Shown: positions 39,925 to 49,600 of the stretch, piece by piece
Layout: every line of letters starts with the position of its first letter
How positions within the stretch are numbered: position 1 is the first letter of the stretch
Assembly: GCA_031282835.1 (NCBI GenBank)
Contig: JAITCU010000020.1
Span: forward strand, 15,805-79,804
Length of the DNA: 64,000 bases
Source of the DNA: Puniceicoccales bacterium
Lineage (GTDB): Bacteria; Verrucomicrobiota; Verrucomicrobiia; Opitutales; JAIRLM01
Direction: 5' to 3'
Translations under genes and position numbers: made by a program
The notes under the pieces: model-generated
The model's database searches: none
Seen by the model: the letters and a program-made list of their open reading frames with translations, nothing else
Told to the model about the DNA's origin: nothing

Positions 39925-40647
39925 ATGGGACAGGTTGCGTCTTCACCGGCCCCTGGGCTTTATGTCGTTGCCACGCCCATTGGGAACTTGGGTGATATTA
40001 CCCTGCGCGCCCTAGAGGTTTTGCGGTCCGTGAACTTGATTGCCTGTGAGGACACGCGGACGACGGGTAGGTTGCTGCAGCACTATGACATAAAATGTGA
40101 GCTGATTTCCTACCATGAGCACAACGAACGGGCGCGGGCGGTGGAAATCGCCGATAAAATTCGGGATGGCCTGTCCGTGGCACTGGTTGGCGATGCGGGT
40201 ACGCCCACTGTTAGTGATCCTGGGTTTCGTCTCGTCCGAGAATGCCACGGGCGTCGGCTATTGGTTGTGCCGATTCCAGGGCCCAGTGCGTTTACCACGG
40301 CACTTTGTGCGTCGGGGCTGCCGTCCAATGCTTTTTTATTTTTAGGATTTTTGCCTAGTAAGTCCGCTGCACGTGTGCGGACATTGGAAAATTACCAAAA
40401 TTTCCCGCACACACTCATTTTGTATGAGTCTTGTCACCGGGCGCAAAAGCTCCTTAGTGAGATTGTCCAGATATTTAGTCCAGATCGGACCGTTACCGTC
40501 GCGCGGGAACTTACCAAATTGTACGAAACGCTTTACCGGGGGAACGCCGGTGAGGTTCAAAAAATATTAGGCGAGCGGCAGTGCCGCGGCGAATTTGTCT
40601 TCCTCATTGCCCCGAGAGATTTTGTTTGTTCTGAAACTCTGGCGTAG
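39925..40647 (+). CDS. rsmI: 16S rRNA (cytidine1402-2'-O)-methyltransferase
   Basis: GLYVVATPIGNLGDITLRALEVLRSVNLIACEDTRTTGRLL and the YESCHR motif. Confidence 0.9.
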   Translation: MGQVASSPAPGLYVVATPIGNLGDITLRALEVLRSVNLIACEDTRTTGRLLQHYDIKCELISYHEHNERARAVEIADKIRDGLSVALVGDAGTPTVSDPGFRLVRECHGRRLLVVPIPGPSAFTTALCASGLPSNAFLFLGFLPSKSAARVRTLENYQNFPHTLILYESCHRAQKLLSEIVQIFSPDRTVTVARELTKLYETLYRGNAGEVQKILGERQCRGEFVFLIAPRDFVCSETLA

Positions 40648-40664
40648 TTGCCAGGTCCAAAGCG

Positions 40665-42620
40665 TCATGCCTCATATTGCAAGGTTGCAATGTGGCTTTC
40701 GTGCCGAGACTTTCTTCCTCTCCACTTCCAGCTTTTTCGGCCATTTCGATGCGGTTTTTCAGGTATGACAAATTCGTCCATGTTGAGCGTTGGCTTTCCA
40801 GAGAGGTCACCTTTTTGGAAAAACTTTCCGTAGGGATCGGCTTCATCCGGTGAGACCTCCACGATGCGCGGGGAGATGATGAATAGGCGCTCCATGGTTT
40901 CCGTTGCCCGATCGGCCATGCTGAAAAGCCGGCCAACAACGGGCAGGTTCTTTAGGACTGGGATCCCACGCCGCCCATCGCTGTGGTGCTCATAGTAATA
41001 GCCGCCGACGATGAGGCTCTGTCCCTCGTTGAGGATGGATTGGGTGTTAATTTGACTACTGCTGACCAGAGGCATTCCCGCGGAGCCTCCGGAGTCGGAC
41101 ATGGCCCCGTCTTCGATGCTGACAAAGAGTTTGATTTTACGCTCCACTGTCCCATCCGACCTGGGAATCTCGATGATGTGGGGGATGACACGCAGGGCGA
41201 CCTTTGCGGAAACGGTGAATAGATCCGTGGCATAGGCGCCGGCCACGGGCACGTAGGTTTCCCGGTTATTGGAAATAACGGCGGCGATATTATCCAATGT
41301 CAGCACCGAGGGGCGGGAGAGGGTCTTTGCCGCACTGGATGACTCCAAAGCTTGCAACCGAGCAGTGATTCCCGATGCTCCAATGTTCGGGACCTTTAAA
41401 TAGAAGTTTAAATTTTTGTCGTCCAGTGTCACGTCCCCGCCTTCCGTGCGCCACAGCAGAGATCGTTCTCCATTAAGGAATTCCAGTACGTCGATACCCA
41501 TTTTGTGACTTCTGCCCACGTTGATATCCACGATGGCCACGTCGATTTCAACGGCCTTCGTGGGGACGTCAAAGCGGTCGATCAGCGATTGATAAAATGG
41601 CATGAGTTCCTTGCGATCCCTTATTATTACTGCATTTTGCCGGGCATCGTAGGTAATGGCGGTAAACTTTCCAGTTAGGTTCCTGGCCTCAGCTTCTTCA
41701 ACGGAGGTTTTAGTTTTTCTATCGTCCGTGGTCCGCAAAGGCTTGGAAGATAGCTTGGTAATTCCTTTCAATTGCGAAACCTGGGTTGATTGTTTTTTCG
41801 CCTCCTGGTCCTGTTGGGCCGCTTGTGCAGCCAACTGTTGGGCCTGATTTATCGCCGAGGAAACCGCAGATTGCTGCTGCAGTACTCCATCCAGGGTATG
41901 GGGCTTGGCCGGCGCACCCAGTAAGACGCTCTCCTGCATGACGTTGGGGATGGTGTTCATCCCGCTCAGGATGCGGGTTAGGAGCGTTGCCACGCCTTCG
42001 ATGAGGACGCCGTTGCCGGTGCCAACGTCTAATGTGACGTCGTAGGCGAAGGCATATTTTAATGGGAAAATTTGAACCACGGTTTCATCGGCGAAGTTCT
42101 GAATGGCATTCGTTTGGACCTTGGCGAGGAACGTGCGCAGTACCTCGAGGAACCGGGGCGGCCCGCTGGCGACCATCATCCGCGTATCTGGAACGTAGCG
42201 AAGGACGGTGTTTGACCCGGCAAAATCCAGGTCAGACACAACCTTTCGTAGGGCCGAGGCTTCTTGGGCGGTCATGGAAATGACCTCCGTCTTTATTTCC
42301 GTCCCCGGGTAGACGTAGAGCGCGGTGCCGTCGTAGAACCAAATCAAGTTGTAGGCCTTGGAGAGTCGCTCCCAAAATTCATGCGGCGGAATATTTTCAA
42401 AAATTCCGTTCACAATGCCGGACAATGGCGCGCCGATGACCACGTCCACCTGCTGAATGGCCGTGAAGTCGTGGATGAGGGCGTTGAGGTCTTGGTTTTG
42501 CGCAAAATGGTAGTAGTGCTCATCCGCCCATGGAATCTCGCCGGCCTGGAGCAAGCCGCCGAGTAGGGAGGAACCGATCGCCAGTACCGTGGACGAAAAA
42601 AAACGACGAAACAATTTCAT
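40665..42620 (-). CDS. sctC: type III secretion outer-membrane secretin SctC (YscC/InvG family)
   Basis: 651 aa with a signal-like N-terminus. The N-domain FWERLSKAYNLIWFYDGTALYVYPGTEI matches the YscC/InvG signature (L.WYYDGN.LYIY). The C-terminal secretin motif is GIPVLKNLPVVGRLF. Confidence 0.9.
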   Translation of the reverse strand: MKLFRRFFSSTVLAIGSSLLGGLLQAGEIPWADEHYYHFAQNQDLNALIHDFTAIQQVDVVIGAPLSGIVNGIFENIPPHEFWERLSKAYNLIWFYDGTALYVYPGTEIKTEVISMTAQEASALRKVVSDLDFAGSNTVLRYVPDTRMMVASGPPRFLEVLRTFLAKVQTNAIQNFADETVVQIFPLKYAFAYDVTLDVGTGNGVLIEGVATLLTRILSGMNTIPNVMQESVLLGAPAKPHTLDGVLQQQSAVSSAINQAQQLAAQAAQQDQEAKKQSTQVSQLKGITKLSSKPLRTTDDRKTKTSVEEAEARNLTGKFTAITYDARQNAVIIRDRKELMPFYQSLIDRFDVPTKAVEIDVAIVDINVGRSHKMGIDVLEFLNGERSLLWRTEGGDVTLDDKNLNFYLKVPNIGASGITARLQALESSSAAKTLSRPSVLTLDNIAAVISNNRETYVPVAGAYATDLFTVSAKVALRVIPHIIEIPRSDGTVERKIKLFVSIEDGAMSDSGGSAGMPLVSSSQINTQSILNEGQSLIVGGYYYEHHSDGRRGIPVLKNLPVVGRLFSMADRATETMERLFIISPRIVEVSPDEADPYGKFFQKGDLSGKPTLNMDEFVIPEKPHRNGRKSWKWRGRKSRHESHIATLQYEA

Positions 42621-42632
42621 TTTACGTGACCT

Positions 42633-43070
42633 CTATCTGTGGGGGTTAGATGGGAGCGTCCCCGGGGCGGGATCGACAAGGTTTTTCAGGGCGAGCCGGT
42701 TACGTTTTACGCTGTCAACGAAATCATCCACCATTTCCCCGATGGAATCTTCGTTGGCCGATTCGAATGGAACATCCAATGATAGGGCAAGCTCGTCGTA
42801 TTCCGGGACATAGACGAGGATCCCTAGTTCGACGATGGCGCGGTCGAAATTCATCTGCAGCAAATCCATGCATCTATCCATTTTCGTAAACACTTCGGAG
42901 GCCCCCTGTAGGAGCTGTCCCTCCAAAAGGAGATTCTTGCCGCTGCTTGCTATGAGCCGAATTTGTGACCCGTCGCCAAGTATGGCCCCGTAGTTACCGC
43001 TCCCATCGGCCTCCCAGTTGAAAACGCCCAACTCCGCGGCGATAATGGAAACTACCTCTGCCCTTTGCAT
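42633..43070 (-). CDS. CesT/SycE-like class I type III secretion chaperone (putative)
   Basis: 145 aa, acidic. N-terminal IIAAELGV....DGSGNYGAILGDGSQIRL and later ELALSLDVPFES follow the pattern I associate with the CesT family. It lies 12 nt upstream of sctC. Confidence 0.5.
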   Translation of the reverse strand: MQRAEVVSIIAAELGVFNWEADGSGNYGAILGDGSQIRLIASSGKNLLLEGQLLQGASEVFTKMDRCMDLLQMNFDRAIVELGILVYVPEYDELALSLDVPFESANEDSIGEMVDDFVDSVKRNRLALKNLVDPAPGTLPSNPHR

Positions 43071-43128
43071 ATAACAGACACGCGAAGTTACCTAGAAGGA
43101 TTTTGACTGGCAAGGAAAATCTTCCAAA

Positions 43129-43617
43129 TTACTCTGTTGGGTGAAACTTATTCGGGTACGACTGGCTGCCTTGCGCCCTGCCCTGCGTCCACCAGTCCCG
43201 CAATCGATAGGGACAGACAGCCAAATAGAGGCTTTCAAGGACAATGACGTAGACAAACACCTTCAATGCCAGGGACCACCATTGATAGTTGTCCAAAAGC
43301 GCATTGAGAATGGCCGCCGACCAAAGCAATTGCAGAATAACAATGCCGCGAACAACCAAGAAACCATAATTTCGCCAAAGGGCCCCCGCCGCCAGAAGCG
43401 CCAAAAAGCCCTCAATAACCTTCCGATGTTCGCCAAAATCCGCGTCTCCAAGCGTGGAAAATTTCCAAAAGAGACATCCCGCCCCGGCTAAAAAGACGGC
43501 GGAATTCACCCTCCGGCTAAATAAAAAACAGCGGATGGAATCGTCTCCAAACGGACGCCAAACCGCCAACACCAGCACCATAGCCGGAAGAAGACCCGTA
43601 ACGACCAAAAACCACAC
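43129..43617 (-). CDS. hypothetical polytopic membrane protein
   Basis: 162-aa ORF with about five hydrophobic helices, on the same strand as the run ending in sctC. Confidence 0.6.
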   Translation of the reverse strand: MWFLVVTGLLPAMVLVLAVWRPFGDDSIRCFLFSRRVNSAVFLAGAGCLFWKFSTLGDADFGEHRKVIEGFLALLAAGALWRNYGFLVVRGIVILQLLWSAAILNALLDNYQWWSLALKVFVYVIVLESLYLAVCPYRLRDWWTQGRAQGSQSYPNKFHPTE

Positions 43618-43668
43618 AAAACTACCTTGGGAACGCCCGCGTAGGATGCCACAAAAAACATAGGTGGA

Positions 43669-44352
43669 TCACACCTGTCCCATCGCGTAACGTCTGACGA
43701 ACCACTGCGCCAAACTGCCCAGCAAAAAGCCGAGTATTGCCGTGACGGCTGACAGAAAAATGCCCTGCCCGGGGATATTAAACCCGGCAAGCGACGCACA
43801 CAGCAGCCCAAGGAACGTGCAAAAGGCCGTAAACCCAGTTGCCAAACCGCCAGTACCCGCCCCCCCCAGGAGCGTGCGCACGATACCTTCCGGCGCCGCG
43901 GGAATCTTGCACGTCATGGTAAACCCCGAGTCCGCCACGACGTACCGAAACATTGTCTCGCGTCCGTTCGTTGCTTCCTGGATAAACTTTACCACATTGG
44001 AGAGATACCCATCGTTCTTTATCAGAAAAACGGACATGGCGCCACAAGTGCCAATCGCCACCATGACAACTCTATCCGCTACCCCTTCCACCAATTCAAC
44101 GGATTTTGTTCCCGGAGTGCCTACGGCAGACGGCTTGGTGACCTCAGCAATCCTCTTGCCGTCTTTATCAAAAAAGACCGGCGGGCCAGTCGCTGGTCCG
44201 ATCGCTTGCACTGCCGCGCTCGCGTCAACACTCCACGCATTCAATAAGGCGGTGGCTAGGCGTACATCACCTACCTCTTGCGCCCTAGACATGCTTCGTT
44301 TTCTACGCCCCTTCGCGTTGCAATGGCAGAGTACAATGCTGTATTTACTCAC
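43669..44352 (-). CDS. hypothetical protein with a C-terminal bilobed hydrophobic domain
   Basis: 227 aa. The last ~55 aa are GGLATGFTAFCTFLGLLCASLAGFNIPGQGIFLSAVTAILGFLLGSLAQWFV (two helices with a short loop). Confidence 0.6.
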   Translation of the reverse strand: MSKYSIVLCHCNAKGRRKRSMSRAQEVGDVRLATALLNAWSVDASAAVQAIGPATGPPVFFDKDGKRIAEVTKPSAVGTPGTKSVELVEGVADRVVMVAIGTCGAMSVFLIKNDGYLSNVVKFIQEATNGRETMFRYVVADSGFTMTCKIPAAPEGIVRTLLGGAGTGGLATGFTAFCTFLGLLCASLAGFNIPGQGIFLSAVTAILGFLLGSLAQWFVRRYAMGQV

Positions 44353-44775
44353 GGCAGCGACATTGCAGATTTTATTTTACATCTACAAAGCGTGCAAAAC
44401 GGCTGCTTACCAATTGTTAAAATGTAGCAGTTTTTTTGTGCGCAACAAAAATGTACTTGCCGCATCCGTTGACGTGTGGCGAGACTGCGCACATGGATGT
44501 GTGTATGGCGACGCCTTTGTGGCCGCAGTCGGGGTCATTTGGCGTGGGCAGTGGTGTGTCTATTGTGGGAAGCGCGGATGCAGAAGAAGAGGAAGTTTCT
44601 GATGCGAATGTGCTCATCGCGCGAATGAAGAGTGGACAGGCGGAGAAACTGGTGACGTGCCCTGGGCAAGTGCGCGCGAAAGTGAGTGCCATCGTGGTTC
44701 CGCGTAATGTCGCCATGTGGCTCGCGGCTTTGTGTGCGGTACATGGCGGGTTGCAAGCAGGTGGATGGGGTGTTC

Positions 44776-45759
44776 CTATTTCGGTTTTTGCGGCGAAAAC
44801 AGGGTAGAGGGCGAGAGTGGCTGGTGTTGTGTTGCGTAATTCGTTATGATATGGTCGGCTGCCTTTTTCATTTTCCCCGCCGGCGGTTGGAGTTCAAAGA
44901 TACGAAGAATCCCGTCCCTGGTGGCGACTTCCAGGGCTCCGTTTTGAATGCCCAAGGTAGTCCCTAGTTCGGCGCTCGGGTTCCCCTCGCGCCACTCGGT
45001 GCGTCCGACCTTGGTCGGCTTGTTGTTGTGAATAAAAAAGCTCCCCGGCCATGGTGTGTAAGCGCGGATTTGCGCCTCCAGATCCCTGGCGGGTTTGTTG
45101 AAGTCTAGGAGCCCGTCGGATTTTCGGATGAGTTTTGTGTAGGTTGCCTTTGTGTGGTCCTGTTCCATGGGCAGTAATCCGCCGGCCAGGGCGGCTTCTA
45201 AGTATTTCTTCAACACTTCGACGGCAGCATGGGATACCTTTTCCCGGAGCGTGGGTGTGGTTTCCTCCGGGGCGATGTCGATGGCTAAGGTTGCATAAAC
45301 GGGTCCCGTATCCATGGCCGGGACGAGTTTCATAAGCGATACACCTGTCTGGGTTTTCCGCTGCAAAATGGCGCTTTCGATGGGCGATGGGCCTCGGAGC
45401 TCCGGCAACAGCGATGGGTGCAAATTCAAAAAGCCAAGGGAAATGCCGTCCAACAACGTTTTGGGCAGAATGCACCCATAGGCAAAGACGAGGCCCACGT
45501 CCGCTTCCAGATCCAACATCCAGGGCAAAATTTCCTCCCTCGGCCGCTCCGGCTGCAACAAAGGAATGTTGTTTTCGCGTGCCCAGGCTGTGATGGGGTT
45601 TGGTTGAAGGCGGAGGCCGCGACCGCGCCTTTTGTCCGGACCACTCACGACGCCGGCGAGGCGGATTGCCGAGCCGGCGGTTGAAAAAAGCCATTGCAGT
45701 ACCCGGAGGCCGATACCATCGGATCCCAGGTAAACCAACCTCTTGGGTAAATCGCTCAA
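44776..45759 (-). CDS. fmt: methionyl-tRNA formyltransferase
   Basis: The HPSLLPELRGPSPIESAIL motif, plus a C-terminal domain with LQPPAGKMKKAADHI. Confidence 0.9.
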   Translation of the reverse strand: MSDLPKRLVYLGSDGIGLRVLQWLFSTAGSAIRLAGVVSGPDKRRGRGLRLQPNPITAWARENNIPLLQPERPREEILPWMLDLEADVGLVFAYGCILPKTLLDGISLGFLNLHPSLLPELRGPSPIESAILQRKTQTGVSLMKLVPAMDTGPVYATLAIDIAPEETTPTLREKVSHAAVEVLKKYLEAALAGGLLPMEQDHTKATYTKLIRKSDGLLDFNKPARDLEAQIRAYTPWPGSFFIHNNKPTKVGRTEWREGNPSAELGTTLGIQNGALEVATRDGILRIFELQPPAGKMKKAADHIITNYATQHQPLSPSTLFSPQKPK

Positions 45760-45872
45760 AGTGGCAGACTCTCAAACGATTCTCGGGCCTTGCCAAGGAA
45801 AGATATGCCGGCACCATCGAAACGGGGTTCCCCGGGAATATTTACAAAATCTTCGCATTTCCTCCGAAAGCG

Positions 45873-45937
45873 TTGACAAGCGCCCATTCTCAAGCAAGAT
45901 AGTCCAAGAATCTGGATTCTAAAAAAGAAAGTTCAAT
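45873..45937 (+). promoter_or_regulatory. cassette C4 promoter/operator
   Basis: TTGACA(45873-45878), 19 nt, GATAGT, CCA, AGAATCTGGATTCT (45907-45920), AAAAAAGAAAGTTCAAT, then ATG at 45938. Confidence 0.5.
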
Positions 45938-46111
45938 ATGAAAAATGTCATCATTATCGCCCCGCCCATGGCAGATATTTTTAATAGAGGTCCTGCGAAA
46001 GTCAGAAACACTGCCTTGAAACCCGCATTTCATGCGGGGCAAAATGGCTCAAAAGCGACTTCTGCAGGACCTCTATTATCCTCTTACCAACGTAGCCGGC
46101 TAAAACATTAA
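45938..46111 (+). pseudogene. cassette small ORF interrupted by the palindromic element (C4)
   Basis: MKNVIIIAPPMADIFN shares the ADIF(Y/N) motif with C2/C3. From codon 16-17 the frame runs into the 97-bp element and reads through it to a stop at 46109-46111. Confidence 0.4.
45982..46078 (+). repeat. ~97-bp palindromic element, copy B
   Basis: TAATAGAGGTCCTGCGAAAGTC...GACTTCTGCAGGACCTCTATTA, with the internal hairpin CCCGCATTTCATGCGGGG. Confidence 0.75.
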
Positions 46112-46674
46112 ACTTATTTTTTTCGGAGGAGGCCGTGGCGTTTATTTTGAGCTGTGCACGCATCACATTTAACAGATGAGACACGAAAGAAATAGCGCAT
46201 GGAGTGGATGTGGCATAATTGCCCGGAGACCGTTCTCCGGGTTCGTACCGCAGAGCCGAGCGGAAGCTGATTTGCTCGCCCCTTATGCGAATATTGAGCG
46301 AGAAAGACAGCGGGGACAAAATTGTATGTTGAAACTGCAGTATTGCATGCCAAGACGAATAAAATTTTTGTGCACCCTAGAAAGGGCGAGGTACGTTTCG
46401 GGGCGATGGCCACAGAAAAACAGCACCAGTGTTGGGTCACCGTCGTGCGGGAAGAGGGCACTGATGATGGAATCGCAAAAAGCAAAGGCGGTACGCCCAC
46501 AAGTCCCAACGGGGCAACCTGCAACCACAGAAAGCGGAAACTGGATTTTTGGCCCGAATGCAAAGTTTATTCGGTGGTGGCAAGCCTGGGTAATTTTGCC
46601 GCTTAGTACGCCCTGTAAATGGTTGTTGTCTCTGATTTGTCATAGTGGGGCCAACGGATACGGTTGCACCACTT

Positions 46675-49600
46675 CTAACCAACCCAACGTGGGATCCAGA
46701 GGGCAACGGCCGCGATGCCCGATGCGGCCCCCGGAAAGAAAAGAAGTGCGTATCCCCAGATGCCAATGGCAAGGATACCGATTATGTTGGTAAATACAAG
46801 GGCCAAAGCGGCGGCGATGAGCAGCAAACCGGAAATAATAGTAAGCGCGATGGCCCAACGTGGGTGCAGTATCTTCCGAGTTGCCGTGACTTGCATTATT
46901 TTCGATTTTGAAGGTCGATCGGGCACGACGGCAATGTCCTCTCTTACCGGGATGTTACCGTCTCCGTCGGGCCAGGTCTTGCCACAGCCCATTCCGAGGG
47001 GCCGGGAGTGGGAAATTGTTGTCCTAACATCCTCCCTGTCCTGGGTCGGGGTGCGGAGGAGGAGATAGTTTTGCCGCAGATTCAACAGCTTTGGATCGTG
47101 ATGTCCCTCACCGTCAGCGGCCATCACCTGCGCCACAAGGTCGCTGTTTTCCGTGAGGAGGTAGGGTATGTTTGCATTAAAAAGCGCCAATTCGCACAAC
47201 TTCCGCTGGCGGAACTCTTTAAGTTCATCCGGGATCTGCCCGTGGAGGCATGTGCCGGTTCCGGCGAGATAGATGCAGCAATTTTGCAGGTTTCCCTCCT
47301 TGGCGCGCAATGTATCGTACTCTTGCTTGGAAACGGCGATTGCACGTGGATTGGTCCTTTCGCTCTCCCATGTGATGACTAAATAACTGCAGTGCTTCTG
47401 GGTACGGTCGAAGACCGTATGTTCGGTTTCGCAGGATTGGGCGAAATTGCGGCTCAAATACAAGTCGGACGGAAAACAAGCGTCAAATTGGGAATAAATT
47501 TCGCGATCCTTCGGGTCCATGGGCCCGCCGTGCTCTCTTATTTGTTCGGGAACCGAACGACTTTTATCGGCGAAAAAGGTGTGCATATCCGTTGGACCAT
47601 CAATGATGAGCAGGTCCTCTTCTTTGGGATCCAGTCGATCGCCATAGCCGACTCGGGTTAGAAATTCTTCCAGCTGCAAATTAACGGAAATATTGCAGTT
47701 AACTTCCACCTCGGTCTGTTCTTGCACTTCGACCTGCACGGAGGCGTCGACATCCCCGGCATAGTTATCCGCGCCAACGGTGACGCATATGCCTTCCGTC
47801 CCTTGGAGGATTCTTACCTTTGTTTCATTGAAAGTTTTGGCGGCTTGTTCATCGAAGCGATCCAACAGTTGCGACTGCTCTAATTTTGTTTTTAATAGTT
47901 GTACTTTCCGATTGTAGTAGGCCTCAACGGCTTCATTGAGCGACATCGTGCGTTGGAGTGCAAAAAACATGGCTTCCGGCGAGAAATCATCCACTTTAGT
48001 CAATAGTTCTCCGACGGCGTTGGAAAAAATTGAAAGCCGCCAAGGGTCACTGGCCAAAGCGATCGCCGTCCGGCGGATGAAATCATCGACGAGTGTGTCC
48101 ACCTTGTCGTAACTGGCCCGGATGTATTGCTGGATAATGCTGCGCGACTGATTTCGCTGCAGGGTCGCATATATGTCCGCGGCCGTCGGTTCCCCGCCGT
48201 CCGCGAGGCGAAGGAATTGCGGCCGCGATTTTTCCAACGCCATGTAGTCAATGGTTTGCGAGCTGAGAAAGGCCCGCGGGCGGATATTCGCTTGGGCATT
48301 GCGATCGGTCGTTAGCCAGCTGGGATCGAGGGTTTGGAGTGCATGGCAATCGATGGGAAGCGGGAGGTCGGTACCCGTGCAACGTTGTTCGTCGTAGTAT
48401 GCAAAAAGAGCGTTGAAATCGTTGACGACGGCCGCCAGGGCCTCCCGGTTCATCGGCCGGATTGCGATGGGCTCCGTTCGATCCGCGCAAAGGACGAAGA
48501 ATGTCTGCCTATCGGGATCGTAATAAAGCACATGACGCACATCCGGAATGTCTTTCTGCGCGAAAGCCAAAATATCCCGCGCCACATCCCGTGGATGCTG
48601 GCCGTTGAGCAATGCTCCGGCGTCAATGAGTGCCCGCAGGCCTGTCACACCACCGACATGGGCCTCCAGCAGCATTTTCGCCGTTGGCCGCGCTTCACCG
48701 TTGTCCACGAATTGAATGGGCTGGGGCCGAGCGCCCATGAGTTCACAGTTCCGGGCAATGACCTGGCCGTCGCTGCCGGCCTGCAATTGGATGTCGACCT
48801 TGGCAAAGTTATATACGCCCTTGTTGGCCATGGTTCCGGAAAATCCGACGGTGCGGCTGAATAACCGCGGAAACTGTGCCGATTTACTCTCAACGGATTG
48901 GGTGGAAAAATGGATGCTTTTTTGGGCAAAAATTCGCGCAACTTTTTGCCGGCCGGAAATTTGAGTGTCTTGCCGAAGGAATGCGCACAGGCATTCGCAT
49001 ATCTTTTTCCGCGTGGATGGATCTGCCGTGGTTACGAGCGTTTCCACGGTCACCGGGCGATCCTCATAGTTGCAGTCCTTGAAGATTTCGTCAAATTCGT
49101 CGAAGGCCTTCCGCTGGCTTTCCTCGTCCGCCACGAGTCGCGATAACATGTCCACGTAGCTCTCAAGCATCCGCAGGGGAACGCCATCGATACTAATTCC
49201 AGCAAAGAAACAGCAGGCCGTCTGGTAGCAATTTTTGAATTCACTGCCCAGGTTGGGCTCGTTGGGCCCTTTGAAGGGGATGCAGGCGCCGTCGAGACCG
49301 AAGCCGAAGTTTTGGTTATATTTTTGCGTGAAAAGATGGGGCAACAGCGTGCCCAGCAGGCCCCGGGCTATGAGTATGCGATCGTAGGAGCGGAGGGATG
49401 CGGCGGTGCCCTGTTCCTTTTGCTGCTGTAAAAAGGCCAAAAATGCGTTTGCTTCCTGGCGCGTGGCGGTGTCCGTCTCCGGGACGTTGTCAAACTGGCC
49501 AAGGACGTATTTGTGGAAGGAGTTGCGCATTTCGTCGGGAATTTGAATGGCAAATTTTTCTTCAAGAACGTTTTGGGACAGCCGCCGCAGCACTTCCTGA

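Noticed and set aside
44417-44807. Two mutually overlapping ORFs between fmt and the 227-aa gene: 99 aa on the minus strand (44417-44716) and 123 aa on the plus strand (44436-44807).
   Set aside because: I cannot decide which, if either, is real from sequence alone. The minus-strand one fits the operon direction but has no motif or SD that I trust, so neither is reported as a feature.
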